Assembly: GCA_951406725.2 (NCBI GenBank)
Contig: OX597822.1
Coordinates: 62,248,001 to 62,312,000, forward strand
Source of the DNA: Octopus vulgaris
Taxonomy: Eukaryota
DNA length: 64,000 nucleotides
Reading direction: 5' to 3'
Shown here: piece by piece, positions 14,448 to 27,804 of the stretch
How positions within the stretch are numbered: position 1 is the stretch's first letter
Layout of the letters: the number at the start of each line of letters is the position of its first letter
Notes under the pieces: model-generated
The model's input: the letters and a program-made list of their open reading frames with translations, nothing else
What the model was told of the DNA's origin: nothing
Databases searched by the model: none
Program-made: the position numbers and the translations under genes

Positions 14448-15074
14448 GAAATGAGGTACTCAGAAATTCGGATGGTTTTATATTTAAAGATATTTATTTG
14501 TATATTACATGTTTTTATACATCATATATAATATATCATATGATATATAAATGTATATATATATATATATATATATATACAGACTACAATTAAAGAATAT
14601 GTAATGGCCAATCTATATACTTTGTCGTTTATGTATGTGTGTGTGTGTAGATAGTTAGATAGATAGATAGATAGATAGGTAGGTGGGTAGGTTGATCGAT
14701 CGATAGATAGATAGATAGGCAGAAAGACAGACATATGCGCGAGGAATGAAAAATTTCTGTGCCCAGGTGCGCATTTAGCTGTTTTGGTACCCAGGTTTGG
14801 TTCGACTCCAAACTGTGGCGAAGGTAAGCAATCCAAGAGATGAACTCTAATAGAAAAGTCTGAAATATATTGTTCATTGAGGTTATAGCGAACATTTCCA
14901 CCAGCTTTTTTCTACCAGCATTTCCAAACCATTTAGCTGATCCTGCACAAGCATTCTTCTACTGAAAACAAATAATCGATGTGGGCAGCCTAAATGCTAT
15001 AATTTTGGCTGATAGACCCTCATACGTTGAAGCCCACAGGAGAATCGACTATGTATGTATGTATACATGTATAA

Positions 15075-15161
<87 letters not shown>

Positions 15162-15256
15162 CAATTGACAATCCAATAATTTATTTATATTATAATATGG
15201 CATAATATACTATGAATATAATATAATATAAAATAACATAAAAAAACGAAAAAAAG

Positions 15257-15339
15257 CCAACTATTTGTTTCGACTTACGTACACCTTTTTAAATATATAA
15301 ACAATTCAATTCACTTATATATATCTCATCAGAGCTAAG
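15257..15339 (-). ncRNA. Degenerate hammerhead-like motif
   Basis: Reverse complement: CTGATGA-gat...gtc-GAAA-caaa-TA; stem I weak; unit ends at (TA)n near 15157. Confidence 0.5.
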
Positions 15340-16079
15340 GTTTAAAGACACGAAATTCTAAAAAAATTAATTCAAATGCATGTGTTACTAACGTGAGCAT
15401 TAACTTTTCAGCTACACAGCAATTACAATTAAAAAACACCAAAATTATAACGCCAAAATAATTAATTAGAATCTACAACTACCGAAATATATTTCTATAT
15501 ATGTCAAATAATATTAATCCAAACTCGTTTAGGTCGAAGACAATCTTTCGCTATTATAGCAATATACAACAACAATGTATAGGTATATAAATTACGTATC
15601 AGGATCTTGCTTAATCTAGAAACTGTAATAAAACGTGTAAAAAAAATATAAATGATAATTATATTGGTAAAATATAAGAGATCTATTTATTTAGTTATTG
15701 ATATAAATGTATATTGTTGTATCAAGGGAGAGTCATTACGCCAATACTAAAACGAAGCTACACACACGCACACACACATACACACACATATATATGTATA
15801 TATGTGTATGTGTATACATACATCGAAATGTAAGTTTATTCACATACAGCGTTATCTCGTTTTATTGGTAATAACGAGGCAAGTTTTCTCGAATATTCAG
15901 CATTTATATGTTCATAACTAAGAACAATTTCCTATTTCAACTACTTCCCTAAGCTATTTGTATTATATCTTATCTGCATAAATTTTTCTTTTTATCTCAT
16001 TTATCTGCATCGCTATAATTTTCGGTTACTGCCGCAATTCAAACCAAACAGTAAACATTCATAATATGCAACTCTAGTT

Positions 16080-17210
16080 TTACATATTTTACGCAGCAAA
16101 TGTATTGATTTTCTTTTGGTGGGACTTTGCATACTAAGTTCATATTACAATCGACCGTGTTCTACCTCCAAATGATTATTTGTTAAGCCTATTTCGTCTA
16201 AAGTTCCAGGAAAAAAGGTTTCAAATATTGGAAAGAAATAGAGGGTCTCGTCTTCCATTTCCTTGCCTGTTTTGACAACCAGCCTACGTATTACTAAACA
16301 GTTGACTAAACCATGACATTCTTGTTGCAACGTTATCTCCTAAACGTCCGTGTAGTCGTCAATATTGCTATAATTATCTTAACTTTTAGTGAGTTGTATG
16401 AATCTCTGTTATATACATAATTTAATTACGTATTTTTGCATATATTGAGGAAAATATAACATTCGTTATTTGAACTACATGGAATGATTCCTAATAATGC
16501 TGCATAGAGCTTGCTAAAATATCGTGGTCTATCGGAGTGAGCTTCAAGTTACAGTGGCTTTCTTTCAATGCACCATATATGTGTGAAAACTCGAAAATTC
16601 CCATAAAGTAACTTAAATCTTAGAAAAAACAGGGAGCCATGAACAAAGATGTCCTTAAATACTGGGGCCAGTTTGCACTTCCCATGATTAATATCTGATC
16701 AGGGTCTAGTCCACGATCACACAATAGAAATTCTTCAATATTTGGTTGCAGAACATATATTTTGGTAGACCTTATCGTTGTAAATCGATGCGATCGGTGG
16801 ACATGGGATTTGTCCATTAAATCACGCTTTCTATTTTTTTATTGTCATTAAAACTTACACACCAGTAATGGCCGTAGAATGCTTCACAACTGCAGTCGGG
16901 AACTCATATGCATAAATGAGGGGCATTTAGTTAAAATATATAAAAAAGTGACAGAAGAACGCAGTACTTCTAACCGGGCATATGCGACAAAAACTCCTTA
17001 AATGTCACCTATTCGAAGGACCAGTAACATCATATGTAGCTAAAGTTTTATATTTGAATAATGTTGCTCTTGTATTTGAAAAAATATGGAATAAAACCAA
17101 TTTTGTTTTAACATAAAAGTGTTCTTGACACTAAAATGTCTGCCGTCAAATCGGTTTGTGCTAAAAAGAACAGTGACAAAACAGCGTTGTCAAAACTTAC
17201 ACGACCCACC
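16080..17210 (-). mobile_element. Decayed MULE (Mutator-like) transposase relic
   Basis: EEFLLCDRGLDPDQILIMGS and TLDEIGLTNNHLEVEHGRL resemble MULE FLLYD..RILIFG and RTNN.LEGWH motifs; repetitive TIR-like end at 17125-17210. Confidence 0.55.
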
Positions 17211-17989
17211 ACAATCTACAGAAATGTGTCTTTTATGATCTAACAAAGGATCATTTACATGGTCACTCGACTTACTACAGAAAACAACCAAATCTTTCTG
17301 GAATTATAGCGAACTGTCAAAAACAGTAAATAATTTAGTCCTACATACACAACTAGAACTCATGATAATAGCTGGATATCAGAATTGATAGGGAGTTAAA
17401 TGTCCACAGTAGGCACACAGAAAGGGTCTGGTTAGTTGAGAAAGTGCACTATTTTCAGAGTTGTATGCCAGAGTTTACAATATGGCACAGAGGCGGGCAA
17501 AGACTAGGAAAAAATGATCCGTAGGTTCAGTATAGTCATTCGGCCATCTACGGGCGTGCCATAGAATCGATCGGTTAGAGCTGATCTTGTAACGTACAAT
17601 GAGAAAACATTAGCATCACCAGGAAATACAACTAACTCCAACATCAACATCGCCAGCGTTTGGTACTGCGGATACAAATTGCAATGTAATTCTATATCAC
17701 GTTTGTTTTCGTTTATTCTGGATATATTTGACTTTCTTTTTAATGTCTAAGTATATTTGTTTTAGTTTTGTCCATTATAGATCTTTTGTTTGAGAATAGT
17801 GAGGAGTGGTGAAAATAAATATAAAAGGGTCAGAATAAAAGATTATACGAATAATATATGTGATAAAAAAAAAAGAGATGGATACAATTTTCAGAATATA
17901 TGATAGAGAAATTAACTCTAATATTACATATAAGTTGCGTATACAATGTCCATATACATACATACATACATATATACACATACAAGCAC

Positions 17990-18024
<35 letters not shown>

Positions 18025-18793
18025 TGTATGTATGTATGTATGTATGTATGCATATTTGTGTGTGTGTGTTTGCATGTGAATAAAAGTCTTATACGAAATC
18101 CATCTCCTACTATTAATTAATACTATATATATATGTATATATATATATGTGTGTTTGTGTATATATATATGTGTGTTTGTGTATATATATATGTGCGTAT
18201 GTATATAGTGATAGAGGTACGTATCTTCTATATTATTTCTTAAAATTACATATTTATTTTGGAATTCCAATAACGCATGCGAAATGATTTGCATAAAGCT
18301 TTTTATATTGTCCCCAGCCGGAACGAAGTGTTCATGAGCGGAGTAAAGTTTATGCGGATGCACCAACACAAGTAACCTCTCATTTGAATTTCTGCTTGAC
18401 AAATATTCGATCTTCGAACATCTTTACAATTTCATTTGGCGTTTATATGTGATATAAGGTCATTCAACAAGTTTACTTCTGCAAAATTTTATACTCACAT
18501 AGCGTTGCTATGCTTTTAATAAGTACGCTATTGTCACTTTTTATCCCAGTGATGTAAGGTTTCTTGTGTTGTCATGACTATATACTGCAGTTCCCTTAAT
18601 TTGTGCATCTCAACCAGAGACCACTTTGATGCGGTGACTGACTTTTTAGTGTAGTTAACATTCTGATCTCTTCTTGAGATTTTGTAATTAGCTATTTTGA
18701 TTGTTGTAAATCAGTGACCGATGGTCGCTTTGCAGATAATATATTGTGAGTTGAAGCGGACTCTAGCTATAGCTCTGTCGGATTGGTGCTTGC

Positions 18794-18828
18794 GACTGAG
18801 GATGGGCCAAACAGCTTGAAACTGAATC
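18794..18828 (+). ncRNA. Degenerate hammerhead-like motif
   Basis: ga-CTGAGGA-t-gggc-caaaca-gctt-GAAAC-tgaa-tc; unit ends at the long (TA)n at 19005. Confidence 0.4.
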
Positions 18829-19001
18829 ATTCTCACGATTCTGTTACCTGCTACAAGTGGTTGGAGATCGCTCCCCAGCTAACAATATTTTTTGTGTATA
18901 AAAGGTGCAAAGTTGAACCGATAGCCAGCTTTCAGAAAATCAGCCTGGGGTTAACCTAGTAGTAACATTGAACAGCCACTTCGATATGGTGACTGACTTT
19001 T

Positions 19002-19139
<138 letters not shown>

Positions 19140-19233
19140 TTATATATATATATGTGAATATATATATATATATATAATTGTACACACATATACAAACATA
19201 GAATTGTCAGCATGCAGCTATCTATCTATATGA

Positions 19234-19440
19234 TATTAGGTTGGCAACTAAGTTCCAGCCATTTTTTAAAATTTAAATTTTTTAAAAGGTTTTATAAAAA
19301 ATAACAACTAATTAATCAATAATGTATCTACCCTTGTTATTTACAACTTCTTCCCAACGTTCAATAATAAGATTTTCAATACCTCGTTGGTAGAAATCAC
19401 CCGATTTCGACTCGAAAAATTGATCCAACCAAGCTCTCAA
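19234..19440 (-). mobile_element. mariner 3' end (transposase C-terminus + TIR)
   Basis: LRAWLDQFFESKSGDFYQRGIENL.ERWEEVVNNKGRYIID*; TA followed by ttaggttggcaactaagttcc TIR. Confidence 0.85.
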
Positions 19441-19540
19441 TTATGCAAAAGGACAAAATAAACTAGCAAACGTTCGTATATGTAAATATTCCTATGTTAT
19501 ATGTATATATATATGTGTATTTATATTAATATCTGTGTAT

Positions 19541-19598
19541 ATTCCACTGATGAAGCAAAGCATTTCTTATGCAGAGTCAGAAATCCGGGATCTGGAAT
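19541..19598 (+). ncRNA. Type I hammerhead ribozyme motif
   Basis: attcca-CTGATGA-...gcat/atgc...-GAAA-tccggga-TC-tggaat; perfect 6-bp stem I, base of stem II imperfect. Confidence 0.72.
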
Positions 19599-19975
19599 TA
19601 TCCAGTAATTTTTTTGCTAGTTTATTTTGTCCTCTTGTCTTCTCTCTTGGTGCTGTATGAACATTTAATGTGGTTTTAGAGTGAAGTTTTGGCTGCTATT
19701 TCCAGCTTGGTAGTATATCTTAGATACCCTAAATTATAATTTTAATAATTATTACCTTTGAAGGTTTTTATTCCCATGCTGGCCACTTGATAAGATCGAT
19801 ATTTAAATTAATGATCTTATCCTTATTCATATAAATTTATACATATATATATATATGTATATATGTATATATGCATATATGTATATATGTATGTATATAT
19901 GTAGAAACACACGCGCACACACATATGTATATACGTATATATGCATGTATGTATGTATGTATGTATGTATGTATG

Positions 19976-20014
<39 letters not shown>

Positions 20015-20164
20015 GAATCTGTTCTAACATCGTCTGATTTTCACCTTTTATTATTTACAATTTTTACAATTTTACAATAGTATAATAATAGAATAGATAT
20101 TTAGTGTGATAAAACCAGTACTTTCATGCATTTTGCAATCATCAGGTTTAAGTAGTCGTAACGT

Positions 20165-20222
<58 letters not shown>

Positions 20223-20241
20223 GCTACTACTACTGCTACTG

Positions 20242-20302
<61 letters not shown>

Positions 20303-20825
20303 ATTAAACTATTCTACTACTATACTATTGTAAAATTGTAAAATTGTAAAAATTGTAAGAAATTAAATGTGAAGATCAGACAATGTTGGAATTTTACAGA
20401 CTAATAAGTTGGAATTTCATTGATCAATATATTCTTCTATAGGCAATCATATAAATTCGGATATACATACGCACACGCACACACACACACATATATATAT
20501 CTATACACACATTCATATACTAATCAATATAGTGTACTAAAATGAAAATCAACTAATTTCAAGCGAAAAATACTGGCTGAAAAGCGGGAGGATTTTACTA
20601 GTAAATATGTTATATGAAATTATATGGAAATAATTTAGTATATTCAACATTTGTTCTAATATTGGTGCTGTCAATATGCAATTGGTGTAGACACACACAC
20701 CACTCACACACGCGTTCGTACAGAGACACACACTTGTACGCATAGAACAGACTTAGCTGAAAGTGGTGATATTATTTTTCATCGTAATGGTGAGTATGTT
20801 TGCTTTAATAATTGTGTTGCCCGCA

Positions 20826-21530
20826 GAATGTGCTCATGGATCCTCAGAATTTTCCAATCTAGGGATCATGAAACCATCATCCTTCTCTTCTCCATATTCG
20901 CTAGGCCCCCACCTCGAATATTACTGCCCATTGTGGTTCCCCTACAAAAAAAACAAAAACAAAAAAAACAAACAAGACATAATGAGGACCGAAGCGCCAC
21001 AAAAATCTATCACAAAAAATAAATGGCATGATGGGACTTGATTATTGGACTTCGACTTAAACAGCTGAAGCTCTATTCTCTGCAACGCCGCAGTGAGCGA
21101 TACATTATTCGTACCATGTGGAAAATATTCCACCAATATTATCCAAATGATATGGGTATTATGTTACAATTCAGCCAAGACTAGGCCCCCGTGCAATGCG
21201 TCCCCTACAAAGGTCGAGATCATGTCACATAAGAACATTGCGACACAATTTCTTCACTGCAAATGATCCTGCACTTTTCAATGTTATCCCAAAAGAAATT
21301 AATTTAGAAAAAGACCCCACAACATTCAAACGGTACCTGGACAAATTCCTCCAGGAAATACCTGATAAACCACCTACACCTGGATACGACTCAACCAACA
21401 ACAACTCTCTGCTTGAGTGGTCCATGGTGCCCCGACATAATTAACTAAAAGATTTTTCCAGGTGGTGCTATTGAGTTAGTCATGGCCTGGGCCAATAATG
21501 GCCGAAACCAAACTAAGTTATCTAAGTTAT
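20826..21530 (+). mobile_element. CR1-group LINE 3' end
   Basis: ILRIFQSRD, RPHLEYYCPLWFPY, RLKQLKLYSLQRRSERY, ALFNVIPKEI, FKRYLDKFLQEIPDKP; short tandem tail ctaagttat x2. Confidence 0.85.
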
Positions 21531-21699
21531 ACATATTTATACAATATCAAAACAATATTTCTTCTTTAATATACATATATTTCCTTCTTACGCTTGATGA
21601 TAATCAAATCTACCTTCAGTTGCAGAAATAATATTGAAGCAATGAATAAAATTTAAATACGGAATGTATACCTTCAAATGTGTAATGAAAAAGTTCGTT

Positions 21700-22190
21700 A
21701 TACATGAAGTTGTACATTTTCAGAAATACGGAGAAGGCTCTTGGTTTCAGCATTAATATTTGTCGATGTAGTAAAACAACTGTTTTCCATTTTCTTCCTT
21801 CGATAAATTTTTTTCTACTTTCTGCACTTATTCTCTTTTCTTCTCTTATCTTTATTCTTTTATCCTTTCTATTTCTCTTTGCGACGAATTTTTGCTTGCA
21901 CACAGCTCTCTTTCTATACATCTTCTTCCCAGCACTTCTTGCGATGCACCTAATTATATTAACACACTGTCTTAAACTCGTTCCGTTTTATATTCATTTA
22001 GTTTTTGCAAGAAAGACAGTGATTTTTTTCTGTGAGGGATATCACTAGTTATGGCAGCTGCTGTCTCGCTCGAACTTTTCCGATCTTTTTTGCGTTATTT
22101 TTCTACCTCATACAAGTCATCAATCTTTTTTTTTTTTGTGGCTCATTTTCTTCCATTATGTTGTTTCATTAATCATTCCCTTGTAAAATT
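21700..22190 (-). mobile_element. Possible decayed Tc1-like transposase fragment
   Basis: R.AVCKQKFVAKRNRKDKRI...WKTVV loosely matches Tc1 R.A.KKPLL...N...RL...W..V. Confidence 0.3.
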
Positions 22191-23858
22191 TTGCACATAT
22201 ATACATCTTATACATACAGTCACATAAATTAGGATTCACCCACAAATATAACTACACACTCGCTCTTTCTCCATTTCTTTCTCTTACACACATACACACC
22301 CGCATGCATATATACATACCTGAATACACTTATAATCATATATTTGTGATATCACTTCACAAATTCATACGCATGTAAAATGATTTGAATTTACATACAT
22401 TTGAATCTGCGAGGTATTTGTTGGTTTCGATGAAACCTGTTTAGCTGATGTCATACAAACTGTTTACACTTACTTTCAGTTTTAACGATATAACAATTCT
22501 CTGGTACTGAAAAGGGAACTCAAATTCAGAAAGATTAAAAATATTAACTCGTGCTAGTCTTTACTTTTTCTATTCAGCCTTATTGTTTCATTAAACAATT
22601 TATTTGAAGAACTTCATATATACATCTTCATCTAATATCCAGTAACTTTGCAAATGCAATATAATGTTACCTACCATTCTGTGCAGTGTAATATCGTCAT
22701 TCCGATTCATTCCTATTATAATTCATTCCCTTTCACTCACACCTCTATCGTTTGTTACGCCAGACAACGTATTTATCACTTTATCCTCTAACGCACTTTC
22801 ATTTTAATTCTCCTACTATCACTCATACACACACTCTCCATCTCTCTCTCATTCCATCTCTGTCTGTATGTATGTATGTATATATGTCTATCTTTTTCTC
22901 TCTATGCTTGTCGTTTGCCATTCTAAGCAATTTAGAATTTTTATTTTTAATGATAATTTGCTGGTACTGGAAAGAAAAAGAACAGATTAGAAAAAATATA
23001 AAATATTTAATCATAACTTCTCTGTTATCAGAAGTAATATTAACTTTTTATTTGCTTATTTCTTTACCAGTAGTTTATATTATGGAAGAACGTAATTGTA
23101 GTCAAGAATTATATTTAAGTTTCTGTCTCTACATCAAGTTGTTTTACAGCACTCACTCCTCATTCAACCCATCTTTTAACTTTTTCTTTCTTTCTCTCTA
23201 TCTCTCTCTCTTTCTCTCTCCACACATTTTTCCTCCGGCCATGTTTAATTCTCTCTTCTCATAACAGATGAAGCAACCAAGCGGCCAAACACAGAGAAAA
23301 TAATTATATTTTTATTTCATTGTTATTCCATTTGTATTTTCGACAACTTAATTGCTTTCAATTTGTTTAAACATTGACAAAATTAAAGCAAATCTACAAA
23401 AACTCGATAACCAGCATCTGCATTTCCGCTCAGTCTCTGACATCGTCTAATGACATGTAATAATTTTCGAGTGTAATTTATTGACTTACAGGTGTTGATA
23501 TACCGATCGTCTCTCACTAGTCATGTCAGTTGCTTGCTATGATTTTATTTCATAATGTCAATACCTTATTGCCATCGTGTGGAATAGTTGTATATATGTA
23601 AGAAGTGAAATATGCGTGTTTGTATGTGCTTATCTGTTTTTGTGCATGAGTGAGCAAGTGTAATTTTATGTTTGTGAGTGTGCATATGATTGCGCGTGCG
23701 TGCCTGTGATTTTGTGTACTGATGTGTGTCTTTGTGTGTTAGAGTATATGCGAATGTTAGAGTTTATGCGAATGCCTTTCTGCGCACCTCTCAGTCTCTT
23801 TGTGCAAATTTGTCCACCATGCTCCTTCTATCTTTTATTTTGCAACTTATTTGTATGT

Positions 23859-24248
23859 GTGGAGGCGCAATGGCCCAGTGGTTAGGGCAGCGGACTCGCG
23901 GTCATAGGATCGCGGTTTCGATTCCCAGACTGGGCGTTGTGAGTGTTTATTGAGCGAAAACACCTAAAGCTCCACGAGGCTCCGGCAGGGATGGTGTTGA
24001 TCCCTGCTGTACTCTTTCACCACAACTTTCTCTCACTCTTACTTCCTGTTTCTGTTGTACCTGTATTTCAAAGGGCCGGCCTTGTCACTCTCTGTGTCAC
24101 GCTGAATATCCCCGAGAACTACGTTAAGGGCACACGTGTCTGTGGAGTGCTCAGCCACTTACACATTAATTTCACGAGCAGGCTGTTCCGTTGAGTCGGA
24201 TCAACCGGAACCCTCGTCGTCGTAACCGACGGAGTGCTTCCCAAACGA
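23859..24248 (+). mobile_element. tRNA-derived SINE family C, tail type 1, TSD tatttgtatgt
   Basis: gtggaggcgcaatggcccagtggttagg A-box, ggtttcgattccc B-box; tail also present at 55592-55828. Confidence 0.9.
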
Positions 24249-24605
24249 TATTTGTATGTATATCAGTTTTTGCCCTTTCTCTTTTGTCTGTTAGTATCCA
24301 CCTCTGCTATCTGGTCCATCTGTGTATTTACTTTTGTTGTGTGTACGTGTACCTGTGCGAGAGATTTTAAGTATAATTGTTGTTTGGAGTTTGCTGTCAT
24401 TTAAATTCAACTGTCAAGTGTTAACAATTAGTGTTTGTTTAATTTGGAGAATTTCCGTTCGTGTTAGGTTAGTTTTTTTTCGTTCGACTTCTGCATTGAG
24501 TTTCGTTAAAAAGTATTGTGTTTTTGAGATTTTCAATAAAATTTACATGCATTTACATGCATTTGTGTCTGATTTTTTTGGAGAATTTTTTTTATACGTA
24601 AACGT

Positions 24606-24654
<49 letters not shown>

Positions 24655-25120
24655 TGCAAGCATGTATGTGTGTACAGAAGGGAAAAAATGGCGGAGGGGA
24701 AAGAAGAGCGATAAAAAGTGTACACACGCACGTGAGAGAGATAAACAGACAGTCAGACAGACAGGGCGTGTGTGTTTGCGTTAACGAAGTAATTGTCGTT
24801 TAAGAAACTACTCAGTGTTTTGCAATCGTGTGGGAGAATTTGCCAGCCAAACCAAATCCACCACCACCACCACCACCGCTCTGCAGTGTGGGGATAATGA
24901 CATAATATTTAATTCTGAAATGTCACGCGAGAATGTAATTTTCTGTTCTTGTTACTTTTTCCGTTTGTTTTTTTCTCTTGTCAAGTTCACATATTTACCA
25001 CCACCAACAACAGCAGCATTGATCCCAAATAGGCAACGTGAGGGTCACTAGGTGGTCACTCGACCATCTGAAAATAGCTGTTACATTTTCATCATATTCT
25101 ACATTTTAATTTTAAAAAAA

Positions 25121-25280
25121 GGATAATGGCTGTGTGGTAAGTAGCTTGCTTACCAACCACATGGTTCCAGGTTCAGTCCCACTGTGTGGCAACTTGGACA
25201 AGTGTCTTCTACTATAGCGTCGGGCCAACCAAAGCCTTGTGACTGGATTTGGTAGACGGAAACTGAAAGAAGCCAGTCGT

Positions 25281-25320
<40 letters not shown>

Positions 25321-25512
25321 GTATGTCCTCCCAACATCGCTTGACAACCGATGCTGGTGTGTTCACGTCCCCGTAACGTAGTGGTTCGGCAAAAAGACAC
25401 CGATAGAATAAGTACTGGGCTTACAAAGAATAAGTCCTGGAGTCGATTTGCTCGACTAAAGGCAGTGCTCCAGCATGGCCGCAGTCAAATGACTGAAACA
25501 AGTAAAAGAGTA
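25121..25512 (+). mobile_element. tRNA-derived SINE family A, near full length
   Basis: A-box tggctgtgtggtaag, B-box ggttcagtccc, ttgggcaagt-type core, internal (TA)n, aagtaaaagagta tail. Confidence 0.9.
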
Positions 25513-26295
25513 ATAATCTATTGGATAATATAGTTCTAAACAACAGAGTTTTTAGAACGGAGAATAAACTGTGCCTCATAGTATTTGTACTGACACTCTA
25601 TACCCTTAGTTCAAATCATACCGAAAGGTAGTTTGTTTTATGTTTCTGGTCACTGGCTTAGGAGAAATGTTAGATTGCTGAAAAAGAGAATTTATATTTG
25701 TTTCGGCTTTTTGTGTTCTGTGTTCTTGGGTGATAGACTAAATGCTTCACATAGTTTCATACTACTACCAGCACCCTGGATACTTTTGGTGAAGTTCCTT
25801 TTATCTTACCAGCTTTGAACGCCATAAAGACTTTAAATCGTGCGCGATACCACCTCCTCCATGACTAAGAGGTAAAATAAATGCTTAAAGACATAAACAT
25901 TTTTAGATTAGTCGAAGCTGGAATTCCTTTGGTACCGAGATGAATGTGATTAGAGCTTAATACGGTTAAACAACAACAACAACAAACAACAACAACAACA
26001 ACAACAACAACAATACTAGTAGCAATAAAAACAATGACAACAAAAATAATTGTTTCTAATTTAGGCACTAGCCTAGTTTTTGAGCAATTTTAAGTGTTTG
26101 TAAGTTCATGCAATTTACTCTAGTACTTGATTGGTATTTTAAATAATAAAATACCAAAGGATGAAAAGCAAAACTGACCTCGGTGAAATTTGCCATCAGA
26201 ATGTTAAAAACCAGAATGAATACTGCAAGATTTGTTATTCTGATGCTGTACCGACTCTGTTGGCTTGGTGCTTAAATAACAACAACAACAATAAC

Positions 26296-26745
26296 AGTGG
26301 ATGCGCAATGGCCCAATGGTAAGGACAGCGGACTCGCGGTCGTAAGAGCGCGGTTTCGATTCCCAGACCGGGCATTGTGAGTGTTTATTGAGCAAAAACA
26401 CGAGGCTCCGGCGAGGAGGGGTGGTGAACCCCGCTGTACTCTTTCACCACAACTTTCTCTCACTCTTTCTTCCTACCTCTGCCACAAAGCAGAGGAACCA
26501 TGGTGTAACTCTAGTTTAGATTGCGAATCCTCTGAACCCCAGGATGGTTCAGCTCTCGACCCGTTAAAAGCTACCGTTTACGGAATGAGGATAACAACGT
26601 AGCTTTCGCGCCCGTGCAACCGTCAGTCTATCGCGTGTGGTGGGTGGATCTTCAAGTTGCCACACGCATTCTTAGTAGCTTAGAGTAGGCTCGAATTAGA
26701 GATTATTCTTTGTGGCTAATGGCGTGAGTCCTGATTGAAAGAAGA
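26296..26745 (+). mobile_element. SINE family C, tail type 2
   Basis: Family C head to ctctttcttcct, then an unrelated ~270-bp tail, within (AAC)n. Confidence 0.85.
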
Positions 26746-27068
26746 CAACAACAACAACCACAATGATAATGACTAAAGGAGTAACAATGACAAAATAATG
26801 AACCCAACATCAACGCTATATCAACATTAACATCATCATCTATACCCAACGGTAGAGCATTTATAGCATGAACAACAAAAGCATGAACAACTTCGTGAGC
26901 CTCTACATGGTTACATGACCTGCTAGAAATAGCAAGAAAGGTGCCCGAAAATAATGTTCTAATCTCTTAAATAAGATAAGTACACGCTGGACAATATGTG
27001 ACCATACATCTTAAAGAGACTGGTTAGTCAAGGATGTAATGCCTTTGATCATATGTCTATTAAATCAA

Positions 27069-27379
27069 GTGGAGGCACATGACCTAGTGGTTAGAGCAGC
27101 GGACTCACGGTCGAGGGATCGCGGGTTCGAATCTCAGACCGAGCGGTGTGTGCGTTTATGAGCGAAACACCTAAGCTCCACGCGGCTCCGGCAGAAGGTA
27201 ATAGCGAACTTCTGGTGACTCTTTCGCCACAACTTTCTCTCACTCTTTCTTCCTGCATCCCGCAGCTCACCTGTGACGGATCGGCATCCCGTCCAGGTGG
27301 GGAACCTATACGCCAATGAAACCGTGAAACCGGCCCTTATGAGCCAGGCGTGGCTCGAAAAGGAACAAACAAGACAAAA
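27069..27379 (+). mobile_element. SINE family C, tail type 3, TSD ctattaaatcaa
   Basis: 12-bp TSD at 27057-27068 and 27380-27391. Confidence 0.9.
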
Positions 27380-27728
27380 CTATTAAATCAAAGCCTGCCA
27401 AGGCTAATCAACAGCATAATCGTCGTGGTCGACACGAACAAACAGTTGACAAAATTTTGAAATTCATACAGTGAAAAATGTTTTTTATTTTTACTTTATG
27501 ACATCCGGAAAATAAATGAGACCCTTACGAGATTTAAGCTGTCACTTTACTAAAATTAGAATGTGACAGATATACAGATATTCCGATGAAATACACTCTC
27601 AAGAGGTTCTTGACGACCGATAGTTAGCGCTCGCTTCATCGTTGACTGGTGATAAATCTCCCAGGAGTCTAATTACACCACTTTATCTTCACAGGAAGGA
27701 TTTTCACACACACACACACACTTACACA

Positions 27729-27801
<73 letters not shown>

Positions 27802-27804
27802 TTC

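Noticed and set aside
18230-18790. Possible decayed GIY-YIG coding relic upstream of the 18794 motif
   Set aside because: Only scattered residues (SIFEHL); not enough for a feature call
23491-23597. Apparent splice acceptor/donor pair (ttgacttacag...gtaag)
   Set aside because: Stops in all three frames; no other evidence of an exon
23859-23935. tRNA-like sequences at SINE heads (also 27069, 53187, 61582)
   Set aside because: A/B boxes run into SINE bodies with TSDs; not free-standing tRNA genes
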